A stretch of DNA of 64,000 nt, from the NCBI GenBank assembly GCA_964016885.1, contig OZ024741.1, positions 284,766,001 to 284,830,000 on the forward strand. The letters run 5' to 3'. Origin of the DNA: Eledone cirrhosa. Taxonomy: Eukaryota. Shown here piece after piece: positions 26,773-40,915 of the stretch (positions are counted from its first letter, which is position 1; the number at the start of each line of letters is the position of its first letter). A program made the translations under genes and the position numbers. The notes below the pieces were generated by a model. The model did not search any database, had not been told where the DNA came from, and was given only the letters and a program-made list of their open reading frames with translations.

Positions 26773-27016
26773 TGTGAGTGTATGTGTGAGTGTATGTGTG
26801 CGAGTGTATGTGTGTGAGTGTTTTTGTGTGTGTATGAGTGTTTGTGAGTGTGTGTGAGAGTGTTTGTGTGTGAGAATATATAAGTGTGTGAGTGTGTGTA
26901 TGTGTGTGTGTGTGTGTGTGTTTGTGTGTGTGTGAGTGTTTGTGTGTGTGATTGTATGTGTGTGATTGTGTATGTGTATGTGAGTGTATATGTGCCAGTG
27001 TATGTGTGTGTATGTG
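26773..27016. repeat. Degenerate (GT)n/(GTGA)n microsatellite
   Basis: Directly visible. Confidence 0.9.
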
Positions 27017-27164
27017 TTGTCCAAGGAGCCAAGTCCCTAGCAATATCGAAATAAATTAAAATTATCAAGAATATAAAACGAGCGCAGTTGAAAGGTATAT
27101 ACAAATACACATCTACCCTTTAGCCGTCATTTTTGACGGCATGAGGCCAGCTAGTATTATAAGA

Positions 27165-27356
27165 GGGCGGTGGATTGGCAGAATCGGTAGAGCATCACCA
27201 CCCTGCTTCGCAGCATAGAGTTACGTCCCTTCATGTTCTGAGATCAAATCCCGCCGAGTTTAACGTTGCCTTACATCCTTACGGGGTCGAAAATATAAAG
27301 TACCAGTAATGCACTGAGATAATTGCTGGCCTTGTGCCAAAAGTAGAAACAATTAT
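27165..27356 (+). mobile_element. Near full-length tRNA-derived SINE
   Basis: A-box-like TGGCAGAATCGG, B-box-like GAGATCAAATCC, then the family core and tail. Confidence 0.85.
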
Positions 27357-27409
27357 AAGAGTGATGTTTGTCTGTCCGTCTGTCTGTCCGTCCCCCAATC
27401 CGTCACGCT

Positions 27410-28189
27410 CAATTTATATAGAGAGGAGGAGCGCCAAGCGAAATATATGTACATAGATAGAGTGAGAAAAGGGAACGCCGTGCCTTTTCGAGGTGACAGA
27501 AAGAGGTAAATAGACAAATATAGAGAGGGGGAGAGTTTGATGTTAATTGATTTAGAGAAGGAAGAGAGCACCGTGTAGTAGATATAGAGAGGGGGAGACG
27601 TGGCGTAAATTGATATAAAAAGGGGGATTTGAAGAGAGTTCTGTGTAGTATATATATAGAGGGAGAGAGGTTGGTGTTATTTAATATAGAGAGGGGAATT
27701 GGAAGAGAATTCCGTGTATAGATATAGTGAGGGGGGAGAGTTTGGTATTAATTGATATAGAGAGGGGGATAGTTTGGTAGTGATGGATAAAGGGAGTTCC
27801 GCGTAGTAGATGTAGAGAGAGGGAGAGTTTGGTGTTAATTGATATAGAGAGGTGGATTGAGAGAGAGTGTTATATGGTTGATCTAGGGAGCGGGAGATTT
27901 TGTTGGGAATGAATAGAGTGAGATGATTGATAGTGTCATTGTTAGCTATAGAGAGGAGGAGATTTTGGTAGTGATGGATAGAGTGTGAGAGAATGAGAGA
28001 GAGTGTTGTATGATAGATATAGAGAGGGGGAGTTTGGAATTGATGTAGTGAGGAGGTTTATGAGACTGTGTTGTATATTAGATATAGAGAGGGGGAGAGA
28101 TTGATGTTTATTGATATAGAGAAAGCGATTGGAAGAGAGTTCCTTGTAGTAGATGTACAGAGGGGGTGAGTTTTTTGTTAATTGATATA
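27410..28189. repeat. Degenerate purine-rich minisatellite (GATATAGAGAGGGGGAGAG core), left half
   Basis: Recurrent GTAGATATAGAGAGGGGGAGAGTTTGG and AATTGATATAGAGAGG motifs every ~30-40 bp. Confidence 0.85.
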
Positions 28190-28430
28190 TATTTCTATTT
28201 ATTTGCCACCAGGGCATCAAAGATTGGGACAAATACAAAGGGGGGAGTTTACATACATTTAAAAAGACGTGTAAAAAACATATAACAAATTAAATTTAAC
28301 AATCGATGTCCTCAATAGGGAGGGGCGTTGACATGGGTCGCACACACCCTCGAAAAAATGTGCAACCCTCCTCTTCAGGAGCACAAAGAGCGGGTGCTTC
28401 CTTCCTCTCCTCATTCTTCTCCTCTCTCAC

Positions 28431-31400
28431 CTACAGGCTGATATAGAGAGAAGGCCCATTCACTCGGGCCATTCTCGCTACTTTCACCCATCTTTCATAA
28501 AACTTGCTGGGGTAGAGCACCTCTCTCTCCATTCTGATCCTTCTTCTAAAGTGGTACTTGAAAAAAAAGACCAGTTGTTGGCCGGAGAGAAAGGTGTCTG
28601 ACCTCAGCCCTTTCAACCTTGTCCACCATACAACTTCTTTCGCCATGGCTATCACACAGAGGAAAACCGCCTCTCCTTCGTTTTTGAAAGGGGGAGGCGG
28701 TTTAATTGTGATAATGTTCTCGGTGGTCAACCGGATTGGTCCCACCCGCGACAGTAGTCGTTCTACATAGCCCCACAGGTCAGCAACGCCTGGGCAGTGT
28801 ACGAATGCGTGTGCGACGGTTTCCTCGTCACGCACGCATCTTGGACAGATCTTCTTCGAGGGGTCCCTACCCGGGCGCCCGTGTCTGTAGAGCTTGTCCC
28901 GAACGGGTAGAGCTCCTCGGTAACATTGCCAAGCCAGGGACTTTTGGAAGTTGTCCATCGGTCCCGGGCCAAACGTCCTACCGAACAGACTGGCCAGCTC
29001 GTCTTCCTCCATGCCCAGAGCCTGTCCGAGAGCGTCGTCGCACTTACTGCGCACCAACCCTCTATAGAATGTTGAGGTTGAGTCTCCACTGATTGCCGGA
29101 TCCGCTTGCCAGAGGGCCGTGAGCGCCTGGGCACATTCAATGTGCCAGTCGCCCATTTTTCTCGGTCTTTGCTTGACCCAGGATTGCAGCTCGGTGAGTG
29201 AGACGAATCTCGGAATGGCTCGCCTCACAAACAGGGCCCACACCGGCTGACCGGTGAGGAATACCTGGAGGTGCCGTAGCCTTAATGCGTGTCTACGCAT
29301 CGTCAGCCACGGCATCCCCAGCCCTCCGTTCGAAGGGTGTTGACAGCAGATGGATCTTCTCACCAAAGGAGCCCGCTTCTTCCAAAGAAATCGGAAGAGC
29401 GCGCGCTCCATTTTGGCGAGTGTTTTCTCTGGGCAAGGCACGACGGTCAAGCGGTAGTAGATGACGGACGCTATATAAGCGTTCGCCACCTCCGCTCGAC
29501 CTTTCAGGGATAGTTTGCACTCGGCCCACTTCTGGGCGAGTGCAAACACCTTGCCCGTTACCTCGTCCCAGTTTTTCTCCACCTGGAGGTCCGGTCCGAA
29601 CCAGACTCCGAGCAGCTTCACCGGTCCCTCCGTCCAGCGTCCGACGATGCCGTCGGAGGGCATCGTTTTGCCCCTCCACGTCCCGAGTTGCAAACCGACG
29701 GACTTGTCCCGGTTCAGCTTGGCTCCTGTGAACCTTTCATATTCCTCCAGTAAGGTGCCGATCTGCCCGATTTCCGAGGCGCACGACACCATTACTGTCA
29801 CGTCATCGGCGTAGGCCGACACCGCTTTCCGCAATCCCGGTTCCAAGAGGAAGCCCTGCAACAGCTCCAGCTTCCTCAGTAGTGGCTCGAGAGCCAGCAC
29901 ATACAGGAGGGAGGAGAGAGGGCATCCCTGTCGAATGGATCGCGTGATTTGGAACGGCTCCGAGAGGTAGCCGTTCACCTTGACCCTCGAGCAGGTGTTG
30001 CTGCTGTGCATTGTAGCAATCCAGCCCCTGAAAACGGGTCCGAAGCCTGCCGCCGCGAGCACCGCATCCAGGTACCGATGGTCAACCCTATCGAACGCTT
30101 TAGATTGATCCAAGTTGATCAGGGCCCCACCAAAGCCGGGTTCGTTCCCTACCCTCTCTACGATGTATCGCATGAGGTGGAGGTTGTCGTGTATGGACCT
30201 GGACGGGATTGCGCATGTCTGCGCTTCTCCCACCAGGTTCCCGACGACAAGCGCCAACCTCTTCGCTAACACCTTGGCCAAAATCTTTAACTCTGTGTTT
30301 AGCAGAGTTATGGGCCTGAAGTTATCTATGTCATCCCCCTTGTTCTCGTCCTTCCTCACCAGCGTGACTACGCCCTTGGTCACAGAACTGGGAATTCTCC
30401 CGTTCTGTTGCCAGTTGCAGTAGACCGCCTCGAGGAGACCGGAGAACAAGCCCGGCATCGCTACATAAAGTTCGTATGGTAGACCATCGAGACCCGGAGA
30501 TTTGCGTTTGCCGCATTGGCTCAGCGCTTTCCCTATTTCAGCGGCTGAAATCGGCCTCTCGCAGGACTTCGCCTCCCCGTCCGAGAGCCGCGCCAGACCG
30601 TCGAGGTATGGACCGAAATCCATGGCCCCACCCGGCCCGCCGCCCCTCCCGAACAGTCGTGCAAAGCGCCGTTGAAAGGCCGCGCTCATCCGCTCAGGTT
30701 CAAGGATCACGCGTCCATCCTGGTCCTTCAAAGACCGAATCGTGGACTTGTTTCCACTTTTTGCCTCTGTCACTCGGGCCCAGCTAACAGCTTTGGCTCC
30801 CTCGTTACCCAGAGCACGTATTTTACTCCTGACAACGCAGCCCTCGTGCTTCGCATCAAAGAACTGGTCTAGGGCCGTTCTAGACGCCAGCACGCTGGCC
30901 AAGTTGCCACTCCTAATCGCCTCTTCTACTCTATTTGTTAATTCCCTTTCAGTTCTATTCCTATCTGATGCTAATTCCCGACTAAAACCTATCGATTCTA
31001 TTCTAATTTCTCTCTTGAGAGAGCCCCACCACCTGCTGTTGACAATTGCCCCCGTCAAACGCTGCTTAACTAGTGTGCTAATCCGCTTACTGTAAGCTTT
31101 GTTTGTCGGTAAAGACAAGTTTAGCTTCCAGTAACCGGGTCCCTGTCTATGAGTTCTATCAAGGTTGACCACTCCGGTCAACAACTTGTGATCCGAATAG
31201 TCAACCATGAACATTCGTGGACAGCTTAATATGTCCCTATCCTTATTTCTAACTAGGAACCTATCTAGGTACGACCTGGATGTTCCACTGCGATTACTCC
31301 ACGTCCACCGTGGCACAGTCGGAAAATCCAGTCGATATCTATCGGCCAGATCAAATCGGCCGATTAATCGTTTGAGGCTGTTACACCCCCCCCCCCTCTA

Positions 31401-31873
31401 TCGGGACATGCCCCTACATAGTCCCAACGTGCATCCAGGATACCATTCCAGTCCCCCACTAAAAGCAAGGAGCGAGACGTTCCCAGGAAATTCTCCAGGC
31501 GTCGGAAGAAGTCTGGTCGCGGTGTCCCCGATGGGGCATACGCTGCCACCAGCCTGAAAGCTCCACCTTCACCACTGCCGACGTCTAAAACCACCAGTCG
31601 ACCCTCCGGGTCCAGGTGTACCTTCTGTGTGGCAAAACCCAGGTATTTTCGCAGCAGAACGACAACACCACCCCCACCCCTCGGCTGACAGAGAGATGCG
31701 TAGATCTCAAAGTCGTCGAAGATGGGGGCCAGTTGGCGCTCGCTGCTGATCCTGGACTCGCAAATAACCATTGCATCCACTCTGTGCGACCTGAGGTCAT
31801 TTAAGAGTTTGCCCTGTTTCCAGGACATCCCCAAGCCGCGTGCATTCACACATCCAACTCTTATATTGGCCAT
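28431..31873 (-). CDS. Tx1-like ORF2 (APE endonuclease, RT, C-terminal zinc finger), one frameshift at the C11 run 31386-31396
   Basis: NARGL, VGDWN, SYLDRF, YSDH, GYWKLN, SPGLDG, FRPITLLN, LDQSKAFDRVDH, RQGCPLS, YADD, CPRC..DEETVAHAFVHC; about 1147 aa if one base is restored. Confidence 0.92.
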
Positions 31874-31915
31874 GTTGGTGCTGAAGAGGTAAAAAGGAAG
31901 AGGAAAGGAAATTAC

Positions 31916-33685
31916 TTACCTCTTCGTCTCCTGGGGGCCAGGCTGCACAATTTCCATGGGGGTGTTGGAAGGGTTGTTTGGTGGGGTGGTGGTTTGTAGT
32001 GGGGTGAGGACATCAGTGTGTGGTGGGATTAGGGTGTTTGGTGGGGTGTGGGTGTCTGGTGTGGGGGTGAGGAAACATCTCAATAGGACGCTGTTATGTG
32101 GTTTGGTGCAGTTGGTCCCCACATGCATTGGATGGTTGTTTTTCAAAGTTACATAGGTTTCCGTTGGGACCCTAATCATCATTAGGTGCGGTTTGTTCGC
32201 TGCGTAGGTGAAAGTGATCCCTTCGGTTTCCACCGAAGGGTTATTTTCTATCGCTTTCATCAACGTTTTATTGTTCTTGTTAATGTATGTATAGAGTTTT
32301 TGTTGTGTTGTGTTTGTTTTTGTTTGTTGTTCTTGCGGGTGTTTGCGTTTTATAGTACGTGTTATGTTTTGGGGAGGGGTGGTTTTTTTTATTTGTGATG
32401 TTTGTTCTGTTTGTGCTGGTGGCTGTGTGTTTGTGGAATTTTTGTTAATGTGGTGCCTTTTTTTTTTCCTTTTCACCTGTTGAAAAGGTTCTCCCTCGTC
32501 GTCACTGGGTGACGTTGATACGGAGTCCTCTTCCGTGTTGTTGGGGAGGGGTATATTTTGGGGTTTTGTTGTGGTTGCTTTTGTATTTGTTTTAGGTGGG
32601 GAGGGGTTGGGTGGAACAGTGTTTTGTGTTGTTATTTTTCCGTGTTGTTGTTGTGGTGGTGGTGGTGGTTTTGTTGTTGTGTTCGGGGTTGGCAGAAGAG
32701 CCTTTTTTTTTTTGACTCGTTAATTGAGGACAGGCAGCCCTCAGGTGACCCCTGCTTAAGCAGTGGAAACATGACGGCCGCCTTCCCTCCACTGAAATGT
32801 TTATATAAGTTAGCCCGTCCAGAGGCACGCGTTGTGGGATATTCGCTATTCGTTCTGGGCCATTTGCACCAGAACTTCTACTGTGGTCCCACCAAATACA
32901 CCTCCGGAGCACTTTCCTATTGAAATTATATTGTCTTCGTCCAAGTTTATTATTCCACATAGTATCCACCAAATGTTTACATTTGGTGTGATACTCATTA
33001 TTTTTATTCTTTGTGTCCTTTTTCCCCTGTATGTGGGGTAAAAGGTGAAGTGGGAGGACACAATGGGTGCTATCGAGTACTTTTGAGCTGTTGACTGGTT
33101 GTTCATCAGCACCGAAATGCTACCAAACAGTTTACCTTTTTGTATGAAGGTTAAGTCCTTCATTGCGTCTTTTAGAACCAGCTCAATCTCATTTTGTGAT
33201 AATTGCGCTGGTTTTCTTGTTACGTTCGATATTGTCCTGAAAACCACAGTTTTCAGGACAGTCTCTCTACGTAATTCCTGTGGAGAATTAATGCTAAAAG
33301 CACCGTTTTCACAAAAAGTCACAAATTGTTTTGCGTCTTGTAATAGTTGTTTAGCATTTGTTATGTCTATTGGCGTGTATAGTTCGTTTTTTTTTACGGT
33401 CTGTGCAAATGTTGTTTTGGTGTTGTTGTCTTTCGTGTTACTGTCACTGTTGGTAATATTGGTGTTGCTATTGTTGCAGTTGTTGGTTATGGTGTTGTTG
33501 TCATTGTTCTTGTTGTTGGTGCTGCTATTATTTGCCGGATTTGCTTTCGCGGTTTCGATATTTTCCACGTTTTTCGATGATGCGAGGGGGGATGGCTGCA
33601 AGCTTTGCACTCCTACCTTCCCTCCACCACTTTTCTTAGTGGGCGTGGCACTCACGACAGTGTGCGAGGTGGAAATGGCATTCAT
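31916..33685 (-). CDS. Tx1-like ORF1 (gag-like, CCHC zinc knuckle), two apparent frameshifts
   Basis: Joins track ORFs 32846..33871, 32592..32972 (CFHCLSRGHLRAAC) and 31916..32476; breaks fall at a G3 run (32857-32859) and a T11 run (32703-32713); the start ATG is a best guess. Confidence 0.75.
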
Positions 33686-33886
33686 TGCTACCAAGTCTAC
33701 AGTTTTTAGATGAAAATTGAAAATTTCATCCCAGAAAGGGGCGAAAATTTGTTGACTTAACGTCTGACGGCCAAGGCAAGGGGCTAAACCAAACAATGTT
33801 ATTAAATTGATCAATAAACTCACAGTTTTTTTGGACAAAATTCCGTAAAAATCCGGAGCAAAGTAAATCACGTCTATATCAAGTGG

Positions 33887-34385
33887 TAATTGATATAGAG
33901 AGGGGGATTGGGTGAGAGAGGGGTAGATTTCAATGCTTATAGATATAATGAGGGGCTTGGGAGAGATAAATATTGCTATATATATAGAAGGGGGAGTTTG
34001 TCATGTATAGTGAGAGAACGATTATGGGAGAGCGTGGTAGAGATGGCGATGGGGAGAATTTGGAGATGATTGATATAAAGAGGGAGATTGGGAGAGTGAT
34101 TTGTATGTTCGATATAGAGAGGGAGAGAATTTAATGGTTGTAGATATATATGGAGGGATAATGGGAAAGTGCCGTGTAGTAGATGTAGAGAGGGGAAGAG
34201 TTTAGGTATGATTAATATATAGAGGAGGGTCGGGAGAGAATATATGTGTAGATATTTATAAGGGGGAATAAGAGAGTCGGTGTCGTGGTAGATATAGAGA
34301 GGGGGAGAGTTTGGTTTTAGTAGATACAGAGAGGGGGATTAAAAGGTTTTTGTGATAGACATAGAGAGGGGGAGAGTTTGGTGGT
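33887..34385. repeat. Purine-rich minisatellite, right half
   Basis: Same GATATAGAGAGGGGG motifs and orientation as 27410-28189. Confidence 0.85.
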
Positions 34386-34445
34386 ACTCTCGGGTCCCAA
34401 AAGTCAATACTGAAGAAATTTAAATATTCATTTATTATGGCTAAG

Positions 34446-35559
<1,114 letters not shown>

Positions 35560-35622
35560 TGAAACAAGGACATTTGGTTACTCCTTCATTGCGTTTACAA
35601 TGGTAATGAAACCATCGTAAGG

Positions 35623-35707
35623 GGTCTGACGAGTCGTGGACTACAGAGTCAAGCTAGATCGATACAGACCGAACCTTGAGCTGCTCAGTGGCGAAACGTG
35701 CGTCACC
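35623..35707 (+). ncRNA. Type I hammerhead with long stem II in a ~300-bp TA-flanked element (35557-35861)
   Basis: ggt CTGACGA gtcg[~52 nt]tggc GAAA cgtgcg TC acc; a relative at 37981-38220 shares the downstream sequence. Confidence 0.75.
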
Positions 35708-36052
35708 AACCAATAAACGTAAGGAAGTAGTAACCAATCGTCCTTGTTTTATTTTGCTATAATACACTCTGTCTAACTCTACACCTCGGCACAGAAGTGA
35801 ACCTAAACATCGAGTGGTCACCCGGGTGAACCGACAGTAACTCCAAGTTACACTCCTTGGATATATATATATATATATATAGTATTTACGTATCGAGAAA
35901 GAGAAAAAAAGGGGGGATAGGTGATACATATAGTTATTTGCCAAGTAGCGTATGCCAAAGGTGGTATTTGGAAAATAACTATATGTATACGTAGGTGATA
36001 TTTTAAATAAACAATTTTTAACCGTCTATTCTCCGACTTTTTACTTTCCCAC

Positions 36053-36112
<60 letters not shown>

Positions 36113-36334
36113 CATTTAAGTTAGTATGATTAGCAATGAGGACAACTGGTGATTCTGGTTGGCAACTCATGATGTAACAAATCCAGAGAGCACTCACCGT
36201 TATACAAGACATCCATCCTAGAGGCGGTGCCCAGTGGTTGGTGCAGGAACGGAGTAAAGTATTGATTAAACAACAACAGAAGGCCGGACAGGAAAATTTG
36301 CTTTAGGATTTTATTTCCGTGAACCTTCTATTGC

Positions 36335-36403
<69 letters not shown>

Positions 36404-36498
36404 CGTATTTAAGAAAGCCACAACATTGCATTGTTGTGGCTTTCTTAAATACGTATTTTTACACATTTCACAATGCTTCAAGCAAACTTTAACACCCT

Positions 36499-36566
<68 letters not shown>

Positions 36567-36644
36567 TATAAACAAGAAAGTAAGTGTTGGTAAAATCCAG
36601 TACTTCATTATGCGGATAGGGAGCACTCAACGAAGATATAATAA

Positions 36645-36902
36645 TGACGAAACATAAGTCAATTGCATGAACTCATAATCCTTTATTTACTGCTATATAT
36701 ATTTCGATGATAGCCATTGAATGGGTATGACCTCATCAGGCAGTTAGTCAGTTCTTAGATATGCCAGTTCTGTGTTTATAGTGTTGATGGTATCAGAGAC
36801 ATCTAACTGCCTGATGAGGTCATAGCCATTTAATGGCTATCATCGAAATATATATAGCAGTAAATAAAGGATTATGAGTTCATGCAATTGACTTATCTTT
36901 CG

Positions 36903-36905
<3 letters not shown>
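36645..36905. mobile_element. Fold-back mini-element with two opposed HHRs (36689-36744 minus, 36806-36861 plus)
   Basis: ~100-bp inverted arms; plus-strand copy actgc CTGATGA ggtcatagccatttaatggctatcatc GAAA tatata TA gcagt; same family as 6713-6972. Confidence 0.88.
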
Positions 36906-36952
<47 letters not shown>

Positions 36953-36962
36953 TATACATACA

Positions 36963-37040
<78 letters not shown>

Positions 37041-37042
37041 CA

Positions 37043-37169
<127 letters not shown>

Positions 37170-37381
37170 CTAAGGCGGGTAAAATTCCCGAGATCCATGG
37201 ACGAGTTCTCTCCAGCGGTCTCTGTCCCTCATTATCGCTGCCATATCCTGCATCTCCAACAGACCAGTGTCTGCCCTTAGGGCATCAACATATGTTAACC
37301 TTGGTCTTCCTCTTCTAGTGTGTCCATGTAGGGGCTCCCAAAGGAGCACTGAGTGCAATGTCAACTCTGGATGTCGGTGAG
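37170..37381 (-). mobile_element. 3'-terminal fragment of an RTE-like LINE ending in (TA)n
   Basis: [29 protein letters not shown]...[11 protein letters not shown], a typical RTE-group C-terminus. Confidence 0.8.
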
Positions 37382-37980
37382 CATATATAAATGAAACAAT
37401 TTAGGACCCGCCGGCTGAGCTCCGGCCGTTTCAACAGTTCGGATCTAGCTGTTGAACCAGCCGGAGCTCAGCCGTCGGGGTTCTGAATTTTTCATATTAT
37501 CCACTCTACTATCCCAAGTATCGAGGACTCTGGTGAGTAATGGTCTAACTGATTTTTACCGCCTCCATTCTGATATATATATATATATATATATATATTA
37601 CCGAATTCGCAGACCAGACCCCTTCTTCTTCCTCCCGTTAGACCTGTGCGAAATTCCTTCCTTGCTCACATTTCAACCAGGTTTGATGGTCTTTATTCTC
37701 TTGTTCACGATTTCACCGAGTTTATATTCATAGAAATCTGGGACTTGTCTCTTTCTTCTCACTTTCTGTTGCTTAAACCATTTTGTTTGTTCACCCTAAC
37801 GTCCCCTTTATTTACGTGTCCCAACGACTTTTTTTAGCCGTTGTTCGCACCAACCTGAGGTATATGGCCCTTAAAGCGATGAAATGCCTAGGACGGTTGG
37901 AGGGTCACTGATGAAGGACCTACTTTTTCATATGTAACCCATTTGCAACGCCGCAGCTCCATTATTATCATATATATATA

Positions 37981-38333
<353 letters not shown>

Positions 38334-38344
38334 TTAATATAGAT

Positions 38345-38397
38345 GAGATTCTACAGGACTAGAACTGTTTCATTCATTAGAAATCATCAGGAGTCTC
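38345..38397 (-). ncRNA. Type I hammerhead ribozyme with a full stem III
   Basis: Minus strand: gagactc CTGATGA t ttc taat gaa t GAAA cag ttctagtc ctg TA gaatctc, enclosed by GTTTTAATATAGA/TCTATATTAAAAC. Confidence 0.75.
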
Positions 38398-38610
38398 TAT
38401 ATTAAAACTGTTATACTCTGCTATGTATTGAGTACCTTAATTACTGTGGTTACCTCCGATTCAACCCGGAATAACGTATATATATATATATATATATAGA
38501 ATGGAAATCTCAAAATAGGTGCAGCTCGAGGTGCGATCTGTGTGTGGATCGACCTGACTCTAGACTCGCAGGTTCCTCGGACACGTCTATTGATTTCGGA
38601 GCATATCCTC

Positions 38611-38641
<31 letters not shown>

Positions 38642-38642
38642 T

Positions 38643-38760
38643 CGTGTGGCGGAGTGTTTAGAGAATTAGATTCGCAATCGTAAGGTTGTGAGTTCGATTC
38701 CTGGACCAGGCGATGCGTTATGTCCTTGAGCAAGACACTTTATTTCACGTTGCTCCTTCT
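38643..38760 (+). mobile_element. Second tRNA-derived SINE family (degraded relatives near 8100-8190 and 11875-11980)
   Basis: A-box GTGGCGGAGTG, B-box GAGTTCGATTCC, then GTCCTTGAGCAAGACACTTTATTTCAC. Confidence 0.75.
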
Positions 38761-38861
38761 ACTTGGAGTTGCGACCGATAGATAGTATTAGCAATTGGAA
38801 AGACCAACGGAAAAATTGTTTCCTCGGTGCGATTTGACGAAAGTCGATCGTTCCTTTTATA

Positions 38862-38955
<94 letters not shown>

Positions 38956-38985
38956 AAAGAATAGAGGTGTAACACACAAGTTATT

Positions 38986-39471
38986 ATATATTGGTAAACG
39001 GAATAGAAAATGCTGACAAATTGTTCACAGTTGAAAAATGGTTTAATTAGGAATAAAAGAGTATTAGTGATTGTATGGGTTAGTATTCAGTTGTGGTTTT
39101 AAGTTTTTATGTTTTTACCGGTTGCGCATTTCTAAATGCTTTTCAAAAATAATTTTGAGATAGAGTGTCCGTGCTGTTTGCTCTGATCTGATTAGTTTTG
39201 GGAATTCTACCTGTTTTTATGTTAAAAAAATGGCTCCAGCGTTATTTTTGTGTTGCAAAAATGCTTGTGGTCAAAACAATTTTGATTGGTCGGTAGAGGT
39301 CATGTGAATGTAAAAAGTTGATTTTGCGCCAAGACTGTTTTTATGTTAAAATGTTAGAAAAGTGGCTCCAGCAAAAATTATTGGTCAAAACAATTTTGAT
39401 TGGTCGGTAGAGGTCATGTGGATAAACAATTGGTTTTGCGCCAAGATTGAGAAATGACTCTTTCACAACAA

Positions 39472-39557
<86 letters not shown>

Positions 39558-40334
39558 TAGTAGTAGTAGTAAGGTGTTCGATGCTGCGACAATAGCCACC
39601 AGCGATGTGTGTCAAATGGCTATTAAGATAAGTGTGTGTGTGTGTGTGTGTGTGCGTACATACACACAGCAGAGTCATTCGAAGGTCAAAAGATATTTTT
39701 CAGCTTTTGTCTTATACGGAGAAGTGCGTGTGTGTGTGTGTGTGTGTATAAGTCTCTTTGTATGTTGATGTACGCGTGTGTATGTGTTTGTGTATATATG
39801 TGTGTGTGTGTGTGTGTGCGTGTGTGGGTGGACCAGTATTTTTTTCCCCCCTGGTAAAATGGTGTACATTATTCGATTTTTTCCACAAAAATCGGTTCTC
39901 TTAATAGAACATCAACAATCTTAACAATAAAAGGTGTGAAATGATATTCACTATATATATATACACACACACACACACATATATATTTTCACTACATATA
40001 TATATATATATATATACATATATACATACATATATATGCACATATATTTTTTTGTATTGCACCATAGAGCATGTGTGTTTACGTGTGTCATTGTGTTTAT
40101 ATGTGGGTAGAGATGTATGCTGATGTAGGTATGTATGTTGACGTGTGTATGTTGTGGGTTCGTCTTAGGGAGAAGTGTTTAGACGGGGTCCGTATTTGTT
40201 AATGAAGTAAGATTCATTTAAAACCACAACTGAATACTAACCCATACAATCACTAATACTCTTTTATTCCTAATTAAACCATTTTTCAACTGTGAACAAT
40301 TTGTCAGCATTTTCTATTCCGTTTACCAATATAT
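38986..40334. repeat. Inverted repeat with ~117-bp arms (38986-39102, 40218-40334); decayed U3-A8 HHR at 39113-39149
   Basis: Arms are reverse complements and match the innermost arms at 34849-35056; minus strand ttt TTGAAAA gcattt ag aaatgc GCAA ccgg TA aaa. Confidence 0.8.
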
Positions 40335-40915
40335 ATATATATATATATAGTTAAATCTTAGACAGGAACAAAAACAGAGGCAGTACAAATATGAGTTTAT
40401 CAGGTTCGCGCTTTTGAGAGCGGTGGGTGGGGGGCATATATATATTATAGATGAACATACTCTATTGAGTAAATATGCGTATTTATCAAAAAAAAAAAAA
40501 AAAAAAAAAAAAATAGTTGAAGAGTTGTAAACCAATTGATACGCTTTGGTTTGTGCTACTGACTTTTTGAGCCGTATGAAAATACTTCCATCTGGTCTAA
40601 AAATATATAATGAATTTATATTTTATAATTTATTAGAATTACAGACAATAAATCAATTCACAGTTGTATAAATAGACTTTTAAATATTGATGGAAATATG
40701 AAACAGAAATAAATAAATAAAATAGGATAAAAACGAAACCAATCAACGAACAGAGGGGGTAAGGGGAAAAGAAGAGCAGATCAGACTGTCTAGGAAAATA
40801 GGAGAATGTGCTATAAATGCCGTAAGTGAGAGGAAAGGAAAGGAAAAAGCTAGAAGTACGAAGACGAGGAAGAAAGGGAAGGGATCGGAAAGAGTAATAG
40901 ATTCTCTACATTAAT

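Larger units (their letters stand above)
28190..33886 (-). mobile_element. Near full-length L1/Tx1-clade non-LTR retrotransposon
   Basis: Two-ORF structure, CCHC knuckle in ORF1, APE-RT-zinc finger ORF2, candidate TSD TAATTGATATA at 28179-28189 and 33887-33897. Confidence 0.93.
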
